From Thiotrichaceae bacterium (GTDB taxonomy: Bacteria; Pseudomonadota; Gammaproteobacteria; UBA5859), in the NCBI GenBank assembly GCA_041940025.1, contig JBGTSY010000001.1, positions 19,186 through 83,185 of the forward strand: a stretch of DNA of 64,000 nt. Direction: 5' to 3'. Both the position numbers and the translations under genes were made by a program. The notes beneath the pieces were generated by a model, which did no database searches, was not told the origin of the DNA, and was given only the letters and a program-made list of their open reading frames with translations. Below, in pieces: positions 1 to 11,261 of this stretch (position 1 is the first letter of the stretch; every line of letters begins with the position of its first letter).

Positions 1-670
1 TATCACTGACTGCATGTACGCCGGCAATGGAGACAAATTGCGCGTGCAATTGGTGACAAAAGACGCGCGCCTCTTTATTGCCTTGGCCACCCGCATGTAC
101 GCGGCCACGCAAATTTCCATAGATGTGTACATTGCCATCCGCTTTTAGCTCCGCACCTTCACTCACCGCCCCGACGACAATGAGATCACAGCCGCTAGCG
201 GTCACCTGTTGGCCGGAACGAACACGCTGATTCACAATCTTGGTGGGCCGAATAGATTCTTCCGAGATGCTGGCATCATTGGCTGCCGGTAAAGCTAATT
301 TAGGTGTTTCTACCGCTACCGACTTGTCGTTCTCACCCTCTTTTAATTCATTAAAGTGCGCCAGTCCGGCATCAATGACAGATTCTTTATCTTTTTCTGC
401 CGCACCCCGAACCGCCAAAGGAATCATGCCATATTCCCGCAACAATGCGGTGAGTTGGGGAAAATCCACTTCAATCTCTTTCTTCAGCTTATCTAAACCG
501 ATCACCACCGGTGTTTGCTGAAAAAACTTAGGCGCTTGCTCTACCTTTTTAGCTAACTCTTTGCGCAGCAACTTCTCGTTGGTTGAGTGCAACTCCACCA
601 CGGTTAAGGTAAACAGATTGCACTTCAGCTGAATTGCTTGCGAATCCGATTTTGCGACTTCGGCGTCCAT
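1..670 (-). CDS. minC: Septum site-determining protein MinC (partial; start codon inside window at 668-670, 3' end runs off the window edge)
   Basis: Manual reverse-strand translation gives MDAEVAKSDSQAIQLKCNLFTLTVVELH...IVVGAVSEGAELKADGNVHIYGNLRGRVHAGGQGNKEARVFCHQL, the MinC C-terminal beta-helical signature. No stop before position 1. Not in the ORF track because it is unterminated. Confidence 0.8.
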   Translation of the reverse strand, partial: MDAEVAKSDSQAIQLKCNLFTLTVVELHSTNEKLLRKELAKKVEQAPKFFQQTPVVIGLDKLKKEIEVDFPQLTALLREYGMIPLAVRGAAEKDKESVIDAGLAHFNELKEGENDKSVAVETPKLALPAANDASISEESIRPTKIVNQRVRSGQQVTASGCDLIVVGAVSEGAELKADGNVHIYGNLRGRVHAGGQGNKEARVFCHQLHAQFVSIAGVHAVSD

Positions 671-708
671 CCCCAGAACTTCTTTTTTAGTTGGTTACAT
701 CAATTAAT

Positions 709-1647
709 TTATGTGGGTAGAGCGCTGGAAAACTCCGCTTCATACCTCTTCTTAAATTCCGTTAAGGAAAACTTGTGATTTTGCGTACCCTTGTGTTCGA
801 TTTTTATCGAACCCAATAGGGACGCCACTCTGCCAGTGGTGTGCCAATCCAATTGATTGGTTAATCCGTACAAAATGCCCGCACGATAAGCATCCCCACA
901 ACCAGTGGGATCGGCGATACGTGAGGGTGCCAGGGCTGGGATCTGAATTTCATCACCATTGGTATAAATCGTAGAGCCCTCGCCCCCTTTGGTAACAATC
1001 ACGGCTTCAAGCTGCTTCGCCATTTGCGATAAAGATTGCCCGGTGCGATCACTCAACAACTGCGATTCATAATCGTTAACAGTCAACCAGGTGGCCTGTT
1101 CAATGAAAGTAGCGAGCTCCTGACCATCGAACATGGGTAACCCCTGGCCTGGGTCAAAAATAAAAGGGATACCCGCTTCAACACACTGAGCGGCATGGTC
1201 AATCATGCCCTGTTTGCCATCGGGCGAAATGATCCCAATTGTCACATCCGCAGCATCTTGAACCCTATTTTCATGGGAGAAATTCATCGCGCCGGGGTGA
1301 AATGCAGTGATCTGATTATCGTCCCGATCGGTAGTGATATAGGCTTGGCCAGTATAAGCCCACTCTTTAACGGTGATATGAGTCTCACTGATCTGGTGGC
1401 TCTTTAACCAATCCCTGTAAGGATCAAAATCCTTTCCGACCGTTGCCATGATTTTGGGTTCCCCACCAAGCAACTTAAGATTGTAGGCGATGTTGCCGGC
1501 ACACCCTCCAAATTCCCGACGTAATTCCGGGACTAAAAAAGAGACATTCAGGATATGAACTTTGTCCGGCAAGATGTGATTTTTGAATTGATCCTCGAAC
1601 AACATGATGGTGTCGTAAGCCATCGATCCACATATCAATACCGACAT
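709..1647 (-). CDS. PfkB-family carbohydrate/nucleoside kinase (ribokinase-like)
   Basis: 312 aa. N-terminal GG motif region (CGSMAYD, GGCAGN) and C-terminal anion-hole/DPTGCGDAYRAG motif typical of the ribokinase/PfkB fold. Confidence 0.8.
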   Translation of the reverse strand: MSVLICGSMAYDTIMLFEDQFKNHILPDKVHILNVSFLVPELRREFGGCAGNIAYNLKLLGGEPKIMATVGKDFDPYRDWLKSHQISETHITVKEWAYTGQAYITTDRDDNQITAFHPGAMNFSHENRVQDAADVTIGIISPDGKQGMIDHAAQCVEAGIPFIFDPGQGLPMFDGQELATFIEQATWLTVNDYESQLLSDRTGQSLSQMAKQLEAVIVTKGGEGSTIYTNGDEIQIPALAPSRIADPTGCGDAYRAGILYGLTNQLDWHTTGRVASLLGSIKIEHKGTQNHKFSLTEFKKRYEAEFSSALPT

Positions 1648-1695
1648 TCATTCCCTTTCATTCAAACCACGCTGAAGGTTAGTGATAGTAGGTGT

Positions 1696-3141
1696 TTATG
1701 AACGCCATGCCAAGTCTAAATTTCTCGCTGCTTTTACATCATCTAATCGACGCACAGGCATGGTGTATGGTGCACCTTTAACTAGATCTATATTTTCCTT
1801 GGCCTCAGCATAAATTTTCACCATCGCTTCTATAAACTGATCCAACTGTTCCTTGCTTTCTGTTTCGGTGGGCTCTATTAATAAACATTCAGCCACCAAC
1901 AGGGGAAAATAGATAGTGGGGGCGTGATAACCATAATCCAGTAGTCGTTTCGCCATATGGGTAGCGGTTAAACCAGATTCTTTCGCCTCCTTTTTTAAGG
2001 TGACAATAAACTCATGGGACGCACGCCTCTCTGGAAAAGCCAGTTCAAACCCGTGCTGTTGTAATTTCACCATCAGATAGTTGGCATTGAGGGTGGCGAA
2101 TTCGGATACCCGTTGCATGCCCTCGATGCCAAGCATACGTGCGTACACATAAGCTCGCAGCAAGACGCCCACATTACCCATAAAGGTAGAGAGTTTGCCG
2201 ATGGAGTGTGGGTATGCGCACATCCCAGAGACGCAGTACGTCTCATCCTTCATGTCAATGCGCGGCACCGGCAGAAAAGGCGCTAAACGTTCGCTCACAG
2301 CGACGGGACCAGCACCCGGTCCACCCCCACCATGAGGAGTAGAAAAAGTTTTATGCAAATTAATGTGCATCACATCAAATCCCATGTCCCCTGGGCGCAC
2401 TTTACCCAAGATGGCATTTAAGTTTGCACCGTCATAGTAGAGCAACCCGCCGTGCTGATGCACAATCTCGGCGATTTTTTCCACCTGTCGATCAAACACA
2501 CCTAAGGTGGAAGGGTTGGTCAGCATCACGCCGGCTGTTTGTGGCCCAACCACAGCGGCCAAGGCCTCCACATCCACATCACCATCTTTACCAGTGGGAA
2601 TTTCACGCACTTTAAATCCACACATCACCGCAGACGCTGGATTGGTGCCATGAGCCGCATCGGGCACCAGAATTTCTGTTCTCTCGGTATCGCCCCGCGC
2701 TTGATGATACGCTCGTATCATTGCCACACCGACAAATTCACCCTGTGCGCCGGCCATCGGTGATAAAGAAACCGCATGCATGCCAGACACCTGCTTCAGC
2801 ATCTCTTGTAGCTCATACAAGCAGGCAAGAGTGCCCTGACTAAATTGGTCAGGAGCCAAAGGATGACGATTGAGAAATCCAGGTAAACTCGCCAAAGCGT
2901 GGCACGCACGGGGATTATATTTCATGGTGCAGGAACCCAAGGGATAGAAATGGGTGTCGATGGAAAAATTTCGCTGGGATAATCGAGTGTAGTGACGCAC
3001 CGCCTGCAGCTCAGAGACTTCCGCTAATTTTGGTGCCTCTGTGCGCAACAACTCCTGAGGAATATCCGTTACTGGCACATCAGAAAATCTGTGTGCACCC
3101 GATCCACGTCCATTTTGAGATTGTTCGAATATAAGTTCCAT
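1696..3141 (-). CDS. gcvPB: Glycine dehydrogenase (decarboxylating) subunit 2
   Basis: 481 aa. PLP-dependent P-protein C-terminal half (split GcvP form). Sits in the operon order gcvT-gcvH-gcvPA-gcvPB. Confidence 0.9.
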   Translation of the reverse strand: MELIFEQSQNGRGSGAHRFSDVPVTDIPQELLRTEAPKLAEVSELQAVRHYTRLSQRNFSIDTHFYPLGSCTMKYNPRACHALASLPGFLNRHPLAPDQFSQGTLACLYELQEMLKQVSGMHAVSLSPMAGAQGEFVGVAMIRAYHQARGDTERTEILVPDAAHGTNPASAVMCGFKVREIPTGKDGDVDVEALAAVVGPQTAGVMLTNPSTLGVFDRQVEKIAEIVHQHGGLLYYDGANLNAILGKVRPGDMGFDVMHINLHKTFSTPHGGGGPGAGPVAVSERLAPFLPVPRIDMKDETYCVSGMCAYPHSIGKLSTFMGNVGVLLRAYVYARMLGIEGMQRVSEFATLNANYLMVKLQQHGFELAFPERRASHEFIVTLKKEAKESGLTATHMAKRLLDYGYHAPTIYFPLLVAECLLIEPTETESKEQLDQFIEAMVKIYAEAKENIDLVKGAPYTMPVRRLDDVKAARNLDLAWRS

Positions 3142-3155
3142 AATAATAAAGTAAC

Positions 3156-4520
3156 CTACTGCGCCAATACTTCAGCTAACTGCTGGCTAAAGTGATCTAA
3201 GTCTGCCGCTGTTTTGGTTTCGGTCGCACATACCAGCAGACAGTTTTTAAGTTCCGGATAATCTTCAGCCAACGCATACCCGGGGGAAATATCTCGGAGT
3301 ACTAGCTGATTGATCACTTCCTCTGCAGGTTTACTCAGTGAAATGACCACTTCATGGAAAAAAGGGCCGGTAAACAGCAGTTGTACACCGGAGATCTGTT
3401 TTAGCCTCGCTGCTAACTCTCGAGTGTTTTGGTGACAGTGCTTCGCCACCTGTTGGATCCCTTCTCCCCCCATAATTGCCATATAGATGGTGGCAGCAGT
3501 GACTAATAGTCCCTGATTGGTACAAATGTTAGAGGTCGCTTTGGAACGGCGGATATGTTGTTCTCTCGCTTGTAAAGTGAGGGTAAATCCACGCCTACCT
3601 TCCAGATCGTCAGTCACACCTACAATCCGACCCGGCATTTGACGAACGAGTGCATGGCGACAACAGATGAATCCAAAGTAAGGCCCGCCAGAAGAGAGGG
3701 GCGCGCCTAAGGGCTGTCCGTCACCACAAACGATATCTGCACCGTTCTTGCCCCATTCATTCGGTGGCTTCAATAATGCTAAAGCCATGGGGTTGGCCAG
3801 CGCTATCACCAAGGCATCCTGCTGATGTGCCCAATCCGTTAGAGAATCAAATGATTCAATACAGCCAAAGAAATTCGTTTGCGGGATCACCACAGCGGCA
3901 AATGGATCTGCGCACCCGTTCTTTAATTGATCTGCATCTATGACACCTGTGCTGGGATCATAGTCTATTTCAATGAGTTCAATGCCCTGACCGGACACCA
4001 GGGTTTGAGTCACCGTGCGATAAGCAGGATGCACCGTGCGAGGTATGAGAATTTTTTTTGACTGTGCTTTTTTATTTGCGCGCACCGCCATCAACACGGC
4101 TTCAGCCAGTGCCGATGCACCATCATAGAGAGAAGCATTGGAGACATCCATGCCAGTGAGGGCACACATCATGGATTGATATTCATAGAGCAACTGTAAC
4201 GTGCCTTGACTGGCCTCCGCCTGGTAGGGCGTATAAGCAGTATAGTACTCACCCCTGGCGGTAATTTGCCACACCGCCGCCGGAATAAAATGCTCGTAAG
4301 CACCTGCACCAATAAAGGAGAGCGGTTGACCATCTTCACTCGCACGCTGCTGCATTAAACGACTCACCTCAAGCTCGTTTAAGCCAGGTGGAATACCCTC
4401 TAACGTCACCTTTTGTTTCAGCGTCTGGGGGATCTCATCAAAGAGATCCTCAATGCCAGATACACCAATGGTATCCAGCATGGCTGCTATATCTTCATCT
4501 GTATGAGGAATAAAAGGCAT
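3156..4520 (-). CDS. gcvPA: Glycine dehydrogenase (decarboxylating) subunit 1
   Basis: 454 aa. P-protein N-terminal half. Immediately upstream of gcvPB. Confidence 0.9.
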   Translation of the reverse strand: MPFIPHTDEDIAAMLDTIGVSGIEDLFDEIPQTLKQKVTLEGIPPGLNELEVSRLMQQRASEDGQPLSFIGAGAYEHFIPAAVWQITARGEYYTAYTPYQAEASQGTLQLLYEYQSMMCALTGMDVSNASLYDGASALAEAVLMAVRANKKAQSKKILIPRTVHPAYRTVTQTLVSGQGIELIEIDYDPSTGVIDADQLKNGCADPFAAVVIPQTNFFGCIESFDSLTDWAHQQDALVIALANPMALALLKPPNEWGKNGADIVCGDGQPLGAPLSSGGPYFGFICCRHALVRQMPGRIVGVTDDLEGRRGFTLTLQAREQHIRRSKATSNICTNQGLLVTAATIYMAIMGGEGIQQVAKHCHQNTRELAARLKQISGVQLLFTGPFFHEVVISLSKPAEEVINQLVLRDISPGYALAEDYPELKNCLLVCATETKTAADLDHFSQQLAEVLAQ

Positions 4521-4557
4521 ACTACAACTCTACTTTAAGTCGGTTGGACATGTCTGA

Positions 4558-4947
4558 CTAGTCAGATTCTGTCTGTTCTTGATAGGTTTCTGCATCAAGC
4601 AGATCGTTGACTTCAGCTGGATCGGACGGGTGCAATTTAAACAACCAACCCTCTTCAAAGGGCGATTCATTCACTCGTTCCGGCGCATCTGCCAAGGATT
4701 CATTCACCGCGCAAATTTCTCCAGAAACCGGACTGTACACATCCGAAGCTGCTTTCACGGACTCCACCACGCAACACTCTTCACCGGCAATCACCGCACG
4801 CCCAACGTCAGGTAATTCCACAAATACCAGATCCCCTAACTCACTTTGTGCAAAATCAGATATGCCCACAGTGACGGTACCGTCATCTTCTAACTTTGCC
4901 CACTCATGAGTGGCGGCGTATTTTACCGAATCGGGAAATTGATGCAT
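4558..4947 (-). CDS. gcvH: Glycine cleavage system H protein (lipoyl carrier)
   Basis: 129 aa. Lipoyl-lysine motif context [16 protein letters not shown]. Position between gcvT and gcvP. Confidence 0.92.
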   Translation of the reverse strand: MHQFPDSVKYAATHEWAKLEDDGTVTVGISDFAQSELGDLVFVELPDVGRAVIAGEECCVVESVKAASDVYSPVSGEICAVNESLADAPERVNESPFEEGWLFKLHPSDPAEVNDLLDAETYQEQTESD

Positions 4948-4994
4948 GATTTTCTCCTCAAATATCTCGCCCTAGCGATTAGCTGCACTAAAAT

Positions 4995-6095
4995 TTAAGC
5001 GAACTCATTGGAAACTGCTTTTCCCTGCTTCACAAAACAGGGCGCAGTTAATTTAGCCGTTAGTTTCTTATCTCGAATCATCACACCCACTTCACCTTCC
5101 CAATCTACTGGAACCCGTGCCAAGCCAATAGAGAGATTTAAACTGGGTGAAAAAGTACCGCTGGTCACTTCTCCTTCCAGCGGACTGTCACTGACCACTT
5201 TTTGGTGGCTGCGCAACACACCGCGATCCCGCAATATCAATCCGGCTAGTTTATATTTGATCCCCTCATGACGTTGCTTCTCCAGAGCGGCACGACCAAT
5301 AAAATCTCTCTCTTTCGGCTCCCAAGCTACCGTCCATGCAAGATTGGATTCAAGGGGGGAGGTAGTCTCATCCATATCATTACCGTAGAGATTGAGTCCG
5401 GCCTCTAACCTTAAAGTATCTCGCGCACCCAATCCGCAGGGTTGCACACCGGCATCTAGTGCTTGCTGCCAGAGTTGAAGGGCCTCTGCGGCAGGTAAAA
5501 TCACTTCTATCCCCAATTCACCGGTATACCCAGTTGCGGCAACGAATAGATCCGCTGTTTGTAGATGATGAAAAGTCTTCAATGTGGATAAGTGATCTGC
5601 CAGATTGGAAAAAATGGGCAGTTTTTCGGCAATGCTGATCGCTTTCGGACCCTGCAACGCCAACATGCATAGATCCTCGCGTTCGTTTACCGACACTGAA
5701 TAAGCTTCCGCCTGCTCTGACATCCAGGCCAAATCTTTCTCTCGTGTCGCCGCATTAACCACCAATCGATACTGCTTAGGCGCAACATAATAGACGATTA
5801 AGTCGTCCAGAATGCCCCCTTGGCTATTGAGCATACAGCTATAAAGCGCCTGTCCGGGCGTGGTTAATTTGGCCACATTGTTTGCGAGCAACCACTGTAG
5901 ATAGAGATCAGATTGTTCTCCCGTTACGTCCACTACCGTCATATGGGAGACATCAAAAATACCTGCCTCTTGACGTACGGCCCTGTGTTCAACCATTTGC
6001 GAACCATAATGAACAGGCATCTGCCAGCCACCAAATGGCACCATTTTGGCGTCTAGTTGTACATGCTGTGAGTAAAGTGCGGTTTTTTTAACCAT
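4995..6095 (-). CDS. gcvT: Aminomethyltransferase (glycine cleavage T protein)
   Basis: 366 aa. Folate-dependent T-protein hallmarks (GIFDVSHM, GYTGE.G.E). First gene of the gcv operon. Confidence 0.92.
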   Translation of the reverse strand: MVKKTALYSQHVQLDAKMVPFGGWQMPVHYGSQMVEHRAVRQEAGIFDVSHMTVVDVTGEQSDLYLQWLLANNVAKLTTPGQALYSCMLNSQGGILDDLIVYYVAPKQYRLVVNAATREKDLAWMSEQAEAYSVSVNEREDLCMLALQGPKAISIAEKLPIFSNLADHLSTLKTFHHLQTADLFVAATGYTGELGIEVILPAAEALQLWQQALDAGVQPCGLGARDTLRLEAGLNLYGNDMDETTSPLESNLAWTVAWEPKERDFIGRAALEKQRHEGIKYKLAGLILRDRGVLRSHQKVVSDSPLEGEVTSGTFSPSLNLSIGLARVPVDWEGEVGVMIRDKKLTAKLTAPCFVKQGKAVSNEFA

Positions 6096-6517
6096 AAATT
6101 CGACTGTAAGCTTGAATCCTGAGTGGTCCCTAACCCGATGAAGTGTGGCATTGTACCGGCCATTGTCATCAGTACAAAGTCCCGTGTATCAATTCATATT
6201 CAGATAGCAGTTTAGTCTCTCTGCACTGTTTGGGTAGTGACGCCGAATTTTTTTCACCCAACACAGAGTTTGGTGACCCGGCGTCGAGGGTGTAAAATAC
6301 GCGCCGAACTCCAAGCCCAACCTGGACTAGTCAGCGTTGGCCACTTAGACTCTGTGCACTCAAGGAGTCTCTTTAAACAAGTACCAAGTGCAGTGAAGGG
6401 AAAGTGAAACTGAGCCGATGGTCCCTGAATCTACAGCAGAGCATTGGCGATTCTCTTTTGTCCCGCTGCCGAAACTTGAATTAGAACCTCGATAAAATTA
6501 ACCAGGAAATTATCTCC

Positions 6518-9199
6518 ATGTCTGACGCATATCCAGATCTCTTCGGCGCCCGCCGTAGTTTAGAAACCAAAGCTGGCAAAATTGATTACTTCGCACTGCC
6601 CAAATTGACTGAAGCGGGCATCGGTCACCTCGAAAAGTTGCCCTATTCTATTAAAGTGCTATTGGAATCCGTACTGCGAAATGTGGACGATTATGTAGTC
6701 AATCAAGACGACGTCACCAACCTAGCCGCTTGGAATGCCGCCAATCCGGCAAATACAGAGCTTCCCTTTAGCCCTGCACGGGTTGTATTACAGGATTTCA
6801 CCGGCGTACCTGCGGTGGTGGACCTCGCTGCACTACGCGCCTCTTGCGCCGCCTTGGGAGGCGATGCCGGCAAAATTAATCCACTGGTGCCCTGTGATCT
6901 GGTCATTGACCACTCAGTGATGGTAGATCATTTTGCCAGCGATGATGCGGTGGACTTAAATGCAAAAGTGGAATTCCAACGCAATAAAGAGCGTTACGCC
7001 TTTTTGAAATGGGGACAAAGCGCCTTTGACAATTTCAGCGTGGTCCCGCCTGACATGGGCATCGTACACCAGATCAACCTGGAATACCTGGCAAAAGGCG
7101 TCCTTACCCGAAATGGCATTGCTGTCCCCGATTCCTTAGTGGGTACCGACAGTCACACCACGATGATCAACGGTCTAGGCGTCGTGGGTTGGGGTGTAGG
7201 CGGCATCGAAGCAGAAGCGGTAATGCTGGGCCAACCAATTTATATGTTAACGCCAAAAGTAGTGGGCTTCCGGCTCACTGGAGAATTGACTGAAGGCGTC
7301 ACCGCCACAGACTTAGTACTCACGGTCACGCAAATGCTACGGGAAGTAGGCGTCGTGGGACAGTTCGTCGAATTTTTTGGCAGTGGCGTCAGCCAACTGA
7401 GCTTACCCAACCGCGCCACTTTGGCGAACATGGCACCAGAGTATGGTGCCACCATGGGCTTCTTCCCCATCGACAATGCCACCCTGGACTATCTGCGCCT
7501 GAGTGGCCGTGACGAAGAAACTATCGATCTAGTAGAACGCTACTGCAAAACCCAAGGTCTGTGGCGCCAAGAAAATGTAGATCCCGAATATACAAAGGTC
7601 ATCGAACTCGATATTAGTACGGTGCAACCTTCACTGGCGGGACCAAAACGACCTCAAGATCGTGTGTTGCTCTCTGAAATGAAGCCCAAATGGCACCAGG
7701 CATTGCAGGATCTTGCGAGCAGAGACGCCGATAAACCTGCCAGCAGCCCCGCTATCTTAGCTGGAAATAGTGAAGACATTAAAGATGGCGCCGTGGTGGT
7801 CGCCGCGATCACCAGTTGTACCAATACTAGTAATCCGAGCGTCTTAATTGCCGCCGGTTTGTTGGCCCAAAATGCTCAGGCGAAGGGCCTGAAGGTGAAA
7901 CCTTGGGTAAAAACTTCCTTAGCTCCTGGTAGCCGGGTAGTAACCGAATACCTAGATGCCGCCAACCTCACCGGAGCACTAGAATCTCTCGGTTTCCACA
8001 CAGTGGGTTATGGTTGCACCACCTGTATTGGTAACTCAGGTCCGCTACCTGAGCCAGTGGCCAACGCTATAAAAGAAAGCAATTTGGTCGCCTGTTCAGT
8101 GCTCAGTGGAAATCGCAATTTTGAAGGTCGCATCAGTCCGCTGGTGCGTGCCAACTACCTCGCCAGCCCACCGCTGGTGGTGGCCTACGCCATCGCCGGT
8201 ACCGTGAATATTCAATTGGATAAAGATCCCCTGGCCACAGATGCAGATGGAAAACCGGTCTATCTAAAAGATATTTGGCCCAGCAACGATGACGTGGAGA
8301 AGATCCTCAGTCAATGCGTGACCCCGGATCAGTTCCGCGCCAAATACTCCGATGTGGCCGAGGGCAGCAGCGACTGGCAGGCGATTGAAACGTCTGGTGG
8401 CGATCTCTACGAATGGGATGAGAACTCAACTTATGTGCAACATGCACCCTTCTTCCAAAATCTCAGCCTGGAACCGGGAGAAATCCAACCGATTTCCGGC
8501 GCACGCACTTTGGCGCTATTGGGAGACAGTGTCACGACCGATCATATTAGTCCTGCGGGCAACATCCCAGCCGATGGCCCAGCCGGCAAATATCTCATCT
8601 CCAAGGGTGTCGATCCGGTAGATTTCAACAGCTTCGGATCACGAAGAGGGAATCATGAGGTGATGATGCGAGGCACCTTCGCCAACATCCGCATCAAAAA
8701 CCAATTGCTCCCAGGGACAGAAGGGGGCATCACCAGGTACCTGCCAAATAACGAACAGATGAGCATTTACGATGCCGCCATGCGCTATCAACAGGATGGC
8801 ACACCGCTAGTGGTATTGGCTGGCGTAGAATACGGCACCGGCTCTTCCCGCGATTGGGCCGCTAAAGGAACCTACCTACTAGGTGTGCGTGCAGTCATCG
8901 CGCAGAGCTTTGAGCGCATCCATCGCTCCAATTTAGTCGGCATGGGCGTCTTACCCTTGCAGTTTAAAGAGGGTGAGTCCGCAGCTAGCCTGGGACTGAG
9001 TGGTGAGGAAACTTTTGATATCAACATCGATAAAGATCTCAAACCACAACAGGACGTCACTGTGATTGCGAAGGATGGTTCAGGCAAAGAGACTCAATTC
9101 ACCGCCATCTGTCGTATTGATACACCGGTGGAGATAGAGTACTACCAAAACGGCGGTATTCTGCAAACAGTGCTACGCAAAATCATCAAAGAGAGTTAA
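6518..9199 (+). CDS. acnA: Aconitate hydratase A (IRP-like aconitase)
   Basis: 893 aa. Aconitase family Fe-S cluster ligand regions ([17 protein letters not shown]) and C-terminal swivel domain. Confidence 0.92.
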   Translation: MSDAYPDLFGARRSLETKAGKIDYFALPKLTEAGIGHLEKLPYSIKVLLESVLRNVDDYVVNQDDVTNLAAWNAANPANTELPFSPARVVLQDFTGVPAVVDLAALRASCAALGGDAGKINPLVPCDLVIDHSVMVDHFASDDAVDLNAKVEFQRNKERYAFLKWGQSAFDNFSVVPPDMGIVHQINLEYLAKGVLTRNGIAVPDSLVGTDSHTTMINGLGVVGWGVGGIEAEAVMLGQPIYMLTPKVVGFRLTGELTEGVTATDLVLTVTQMLREVGVVGQFVEFFGSGVSQLSLPNRATLANMAPEYGATMGFFPIDNATLDYLRLSGRDEETIDLVERYCKTQGLWRQENVDPEYTKVIELDISTVQPSLAGPKRPQDRVLLSEMKPKWHQALQDLASRDADKPASSPAILAGNSEDIKDGAVVVAAITSCTNTSNPSVLIAAGLLAQNAQAKGLKVKPWVKTSLAPGSRVVTEYLDAANLTGALESLGFHTVGYGCTTCIGNSGPLPEPVANAIKESNLVACSVLSGNRNFEGRISPLVRANYLASPPLVVAYAIAGTVNIQLDKDPLATDADGKPVYLKDIWPSNDDVEKILSQCVTPDQFRAKYSDVAEGSSDWQAIETSGGDLYEWDENSTYVQHAPFFQNLSLEPGEIQPISGARTLALLGDSVTTDHISPAGNIPADGPAGKYLISKGVDPVDFNSFGSRRGNHEVMMRGTFANIRIKNQLLPGTEGGITRYLPNNEQMSIYDAAMRYQQDGTPLVVLAGVEYGTGSSRDWAAKGTYLLGVRAVIAQSFERIHRSNLVGMGVLPLQFKEGESAASLGLSGEETFDINIDKDLKPQQDVTVIAKDGSGKETQFTAICRIDTPVEIEYYQNGGILQTVLRKIIKES

Positions 9200-9207
9200 C
9201 CGGATTG

Positions 9208-9237
9208 GGTGTCCCTCTTGGCGGAGAGGGACACCCA
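9208..9237 (+). terminator. Perfect 12-bp stem / 6-nt loop hairpin directly after acnA stop (terminator-like; no clear U-tract)
   Basis: GGGTGTCCCTCT-tggcgg-AGAGGGACACCC, read directly in the sequence. Confidence 0.45.
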
Positions 9238-9451
9238 CCCTACCAGCGCAAAATCTTCCTCGTCAAAATTTAAAGTGTTTCCGCCTATCTCTGGCCATAC
9301 CCCGTCCATCACACTCTGTCTGCTAACAGATAAATGGTAGCTTTCGCACCTAAAGATAGCGCCATTCCGACCGTTAAATTTTTCACTGCAGTTTGCAGCT
9401 TACCTTCCGGGGTGACCGAATAAATTAAAAATTTAAAAGGACGAATTACCT

Positions 9452-11197
9452 TTGCTTTACGGACGTAAGACGTTTAAAACCTTACTGATAGATCCGAGCT
9501 TTGTCGAAGTCAAAAAAATAAATAGATCGCTAAACTCTCATCTACCGGTGGATTTTCAGATTATCCACAGCACAAATTTGCCTCAACATGGGTATGCAGA
9601 ACAAAACGGAAGCGTCGATCTGTTTTTGGTGGATTTTGATGTATTGCAACAGGATGCCCGCTGGTGGCTCTGTTTCCGTCGGGAGTTGGGACAGATCCCC
9701 ATTCTCGCCTTAGCGGATAGTAACGATCCCTCCATCCAGGAAGATTTGTATCAACACCCCAATTTGGTATTTAAAGATTTCTATACCGGTGCCCTGTTGG
9801 GGGAAAAAATCCAACACACGATTAAAAACTGGAAACTGCGTCAACGGCTACGCGCCGCAGAGGTAAGGGAGACTTACCTAAATACCAGAGATCCCCTAAC
9901 CGGGTTAGCAAATCAATCTCTATTTCAACAGCTTGTCACCGAATCACTCCATAAGTGTGAAATCAATAAGCTACAGCTTGCGGTGCTGGTACTCGATATT
10001 GATGGTTTTAAAACCCTGAATAACTCCCTCGGATTTGAAACTGGCGACCAACTGTTACGGCAAGTGGCGAACAGAATCAAAAACGCGGTGCGGGAGACAG
10101 ATCCGCTGGCACGTTTAGGGGGAGACGATTTTGCGCTCTGTCTCAGCGGGATGGATAAGGTACACAATGTTGCCCAGGTGGCAGACTCTCTATTGAGCAC
10201 CGTTGCCCAAGGAATTGAAATCGAAAATATGGAGTACTTTGTTAGTTCCAGTATTGGTATTGCGCTCTATCCTGAAGATGGTGACGATGCCCGAACCCTG
10301 ATTAGCCATGCAGGCACCGCTATGCAGAATGCACGATCACAGGGACGCAACATGTACGATTTTTACACAGTGCAGATGCACCACGACGTCAAAGCACGCC
10401 TGGCCATGGAGGCAGATATCCGCCGTGCTATCGAGGAAAACCAGTTTCGCATCCATTATCAGCCACAGATCAACACTGAAACAGGAGAGGTGGTAGCAGT
10501 GGAAGCCTTGGTGCGCTGGCAACATCCACACCTGGGCCTAATATCGCCGCAGGACTTTATCCCTCTATCAGAGGATACAGGATTAATTCTGCGGCTGGGC
10601 GAATGGATACTTCGAGAGGCTTGTCTGCAAAACAGCAAATGGCAGGCAGCGGGTCTGCCCAAATTTCTTATCGCTGTGAATTTGTCCGCGCTTCAGTTTG
10701 AGCAACACAATTTTGTTGAGATCGTCATGCAGATTTTGTCTGACACCCAGTTGGATCCAGAGTGGCTAGAGCTGGAACTCACTGAAGGCACGCTGATGTC
10801 CAATACTCCTAACAGTATTGATAAATTACATCAATTAAAGGCGATGGGGATCCGCATCTCTATCGACGATTTCGGCACCGGATACTCGTCTCTTTCCCAA
10901 CTCAAGCAATTGCCAATCGATGTGTTGAAAGTCGATCAGTCTTTTGTGCGGGACGTGGTGGAAAACAGCAGCGATGCTGCCATCATCACCGCCATTGTGG
11001 CAATGGCCAAAAGCCTTTCATTAGGTGTCATTGCAGAGGGCATCGAAACATCGGCGCAGCAGCAGTTCCTGAAAAATTTGGACTGCCACTGCATGCAAGG
11101 GTTTTTCTTTGAAAAACCGCAAACCGCGGAAAACCTAATGCCCTGTCTCGCCCCTGGCTATTTCAAAAACGAACGGGCAACAGTACAACTTGTTTAA
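9452..11197 (+). CDS. Signalling protein with an N-terminal receiver-like domain, a degenerate GGDEF domain (GGDDF) and an intact EAL domain; predicted c-di-GMP phosphodiesterase
   Basis: 581 aa. RETD I-site 5 residues before GGDDF. EALVRW motif and DDFGTGYSS present. N-terminus is REC-like but atypical. The track start may be a non-ATG codon. Confidence 0.85.
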   Translation: MLYGRKTFKTLLIDPSFVEVKKINRSLNSHLPVDFQIIHSTNLPQHGYAEQNGSVDLFLVDFDVLQQDARWWLCFRRELGQIPILALADSNDPSIQEDLYQHPNLVFKDFYTGALLGEKIQHTIKNWKLRQRLRAAEVRETYLNTRDPLTGLANQSLFQQLVTESLHKCEINKLQLAVLVLDIDGFKTLNNSLGFETGDQLLRQVANRIKNAVRETDPLARLGGDDFALCLSGMDKVHNVAQVADSLLSTVAQGIEIENMEYFVSSSIGIALYPEDGDDARTLISHAGTAMQNARSQGRNMYDFYTVQMHHDVKARLAMEADIRRAIEENQFRIHYQPQINTETGEVVAVEALVRWQHPHLGLISPQDFIPLSEDTGLILRLGEWILREACLQNSKWQAAGLPKFLIAVNLSALQFEQHNFVEIVMQILSDTQLDPEWLELELTEGTLMSNTPNSIDKLHQLKAMGIRISIDDFGTGYSSLSQLKQLPIDVLKVDQSFVRDVVENSSDAAIITAIVAMAKSLSLGVIAEGIETSAQQQFLKNLDCHCMQGFFFEKPQTAENLMPCLAPGYFKNERATVQLV

Positions 11198-11261
11198 GTA
11201 GTCTACGGAACAAAATCGAAACAGGTCTTTGCTGAATACCTCGGTGGGTCCAGGAACTGTG

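Noticed and set aside
240-521. Plus-strand 93-aa ORF from the track
   Set aside because: It lies antisense to a clear MinC coding sequence on the minus strand (1..670), which explains the region. It has no motifs.
6096-6517. Glycine riboswitch upstream of gcvT
   Set aside because: I searched both strands by eye for the conserved aptamer cores and found none. Only generic hairpins are present. Left as a check, not a feature.
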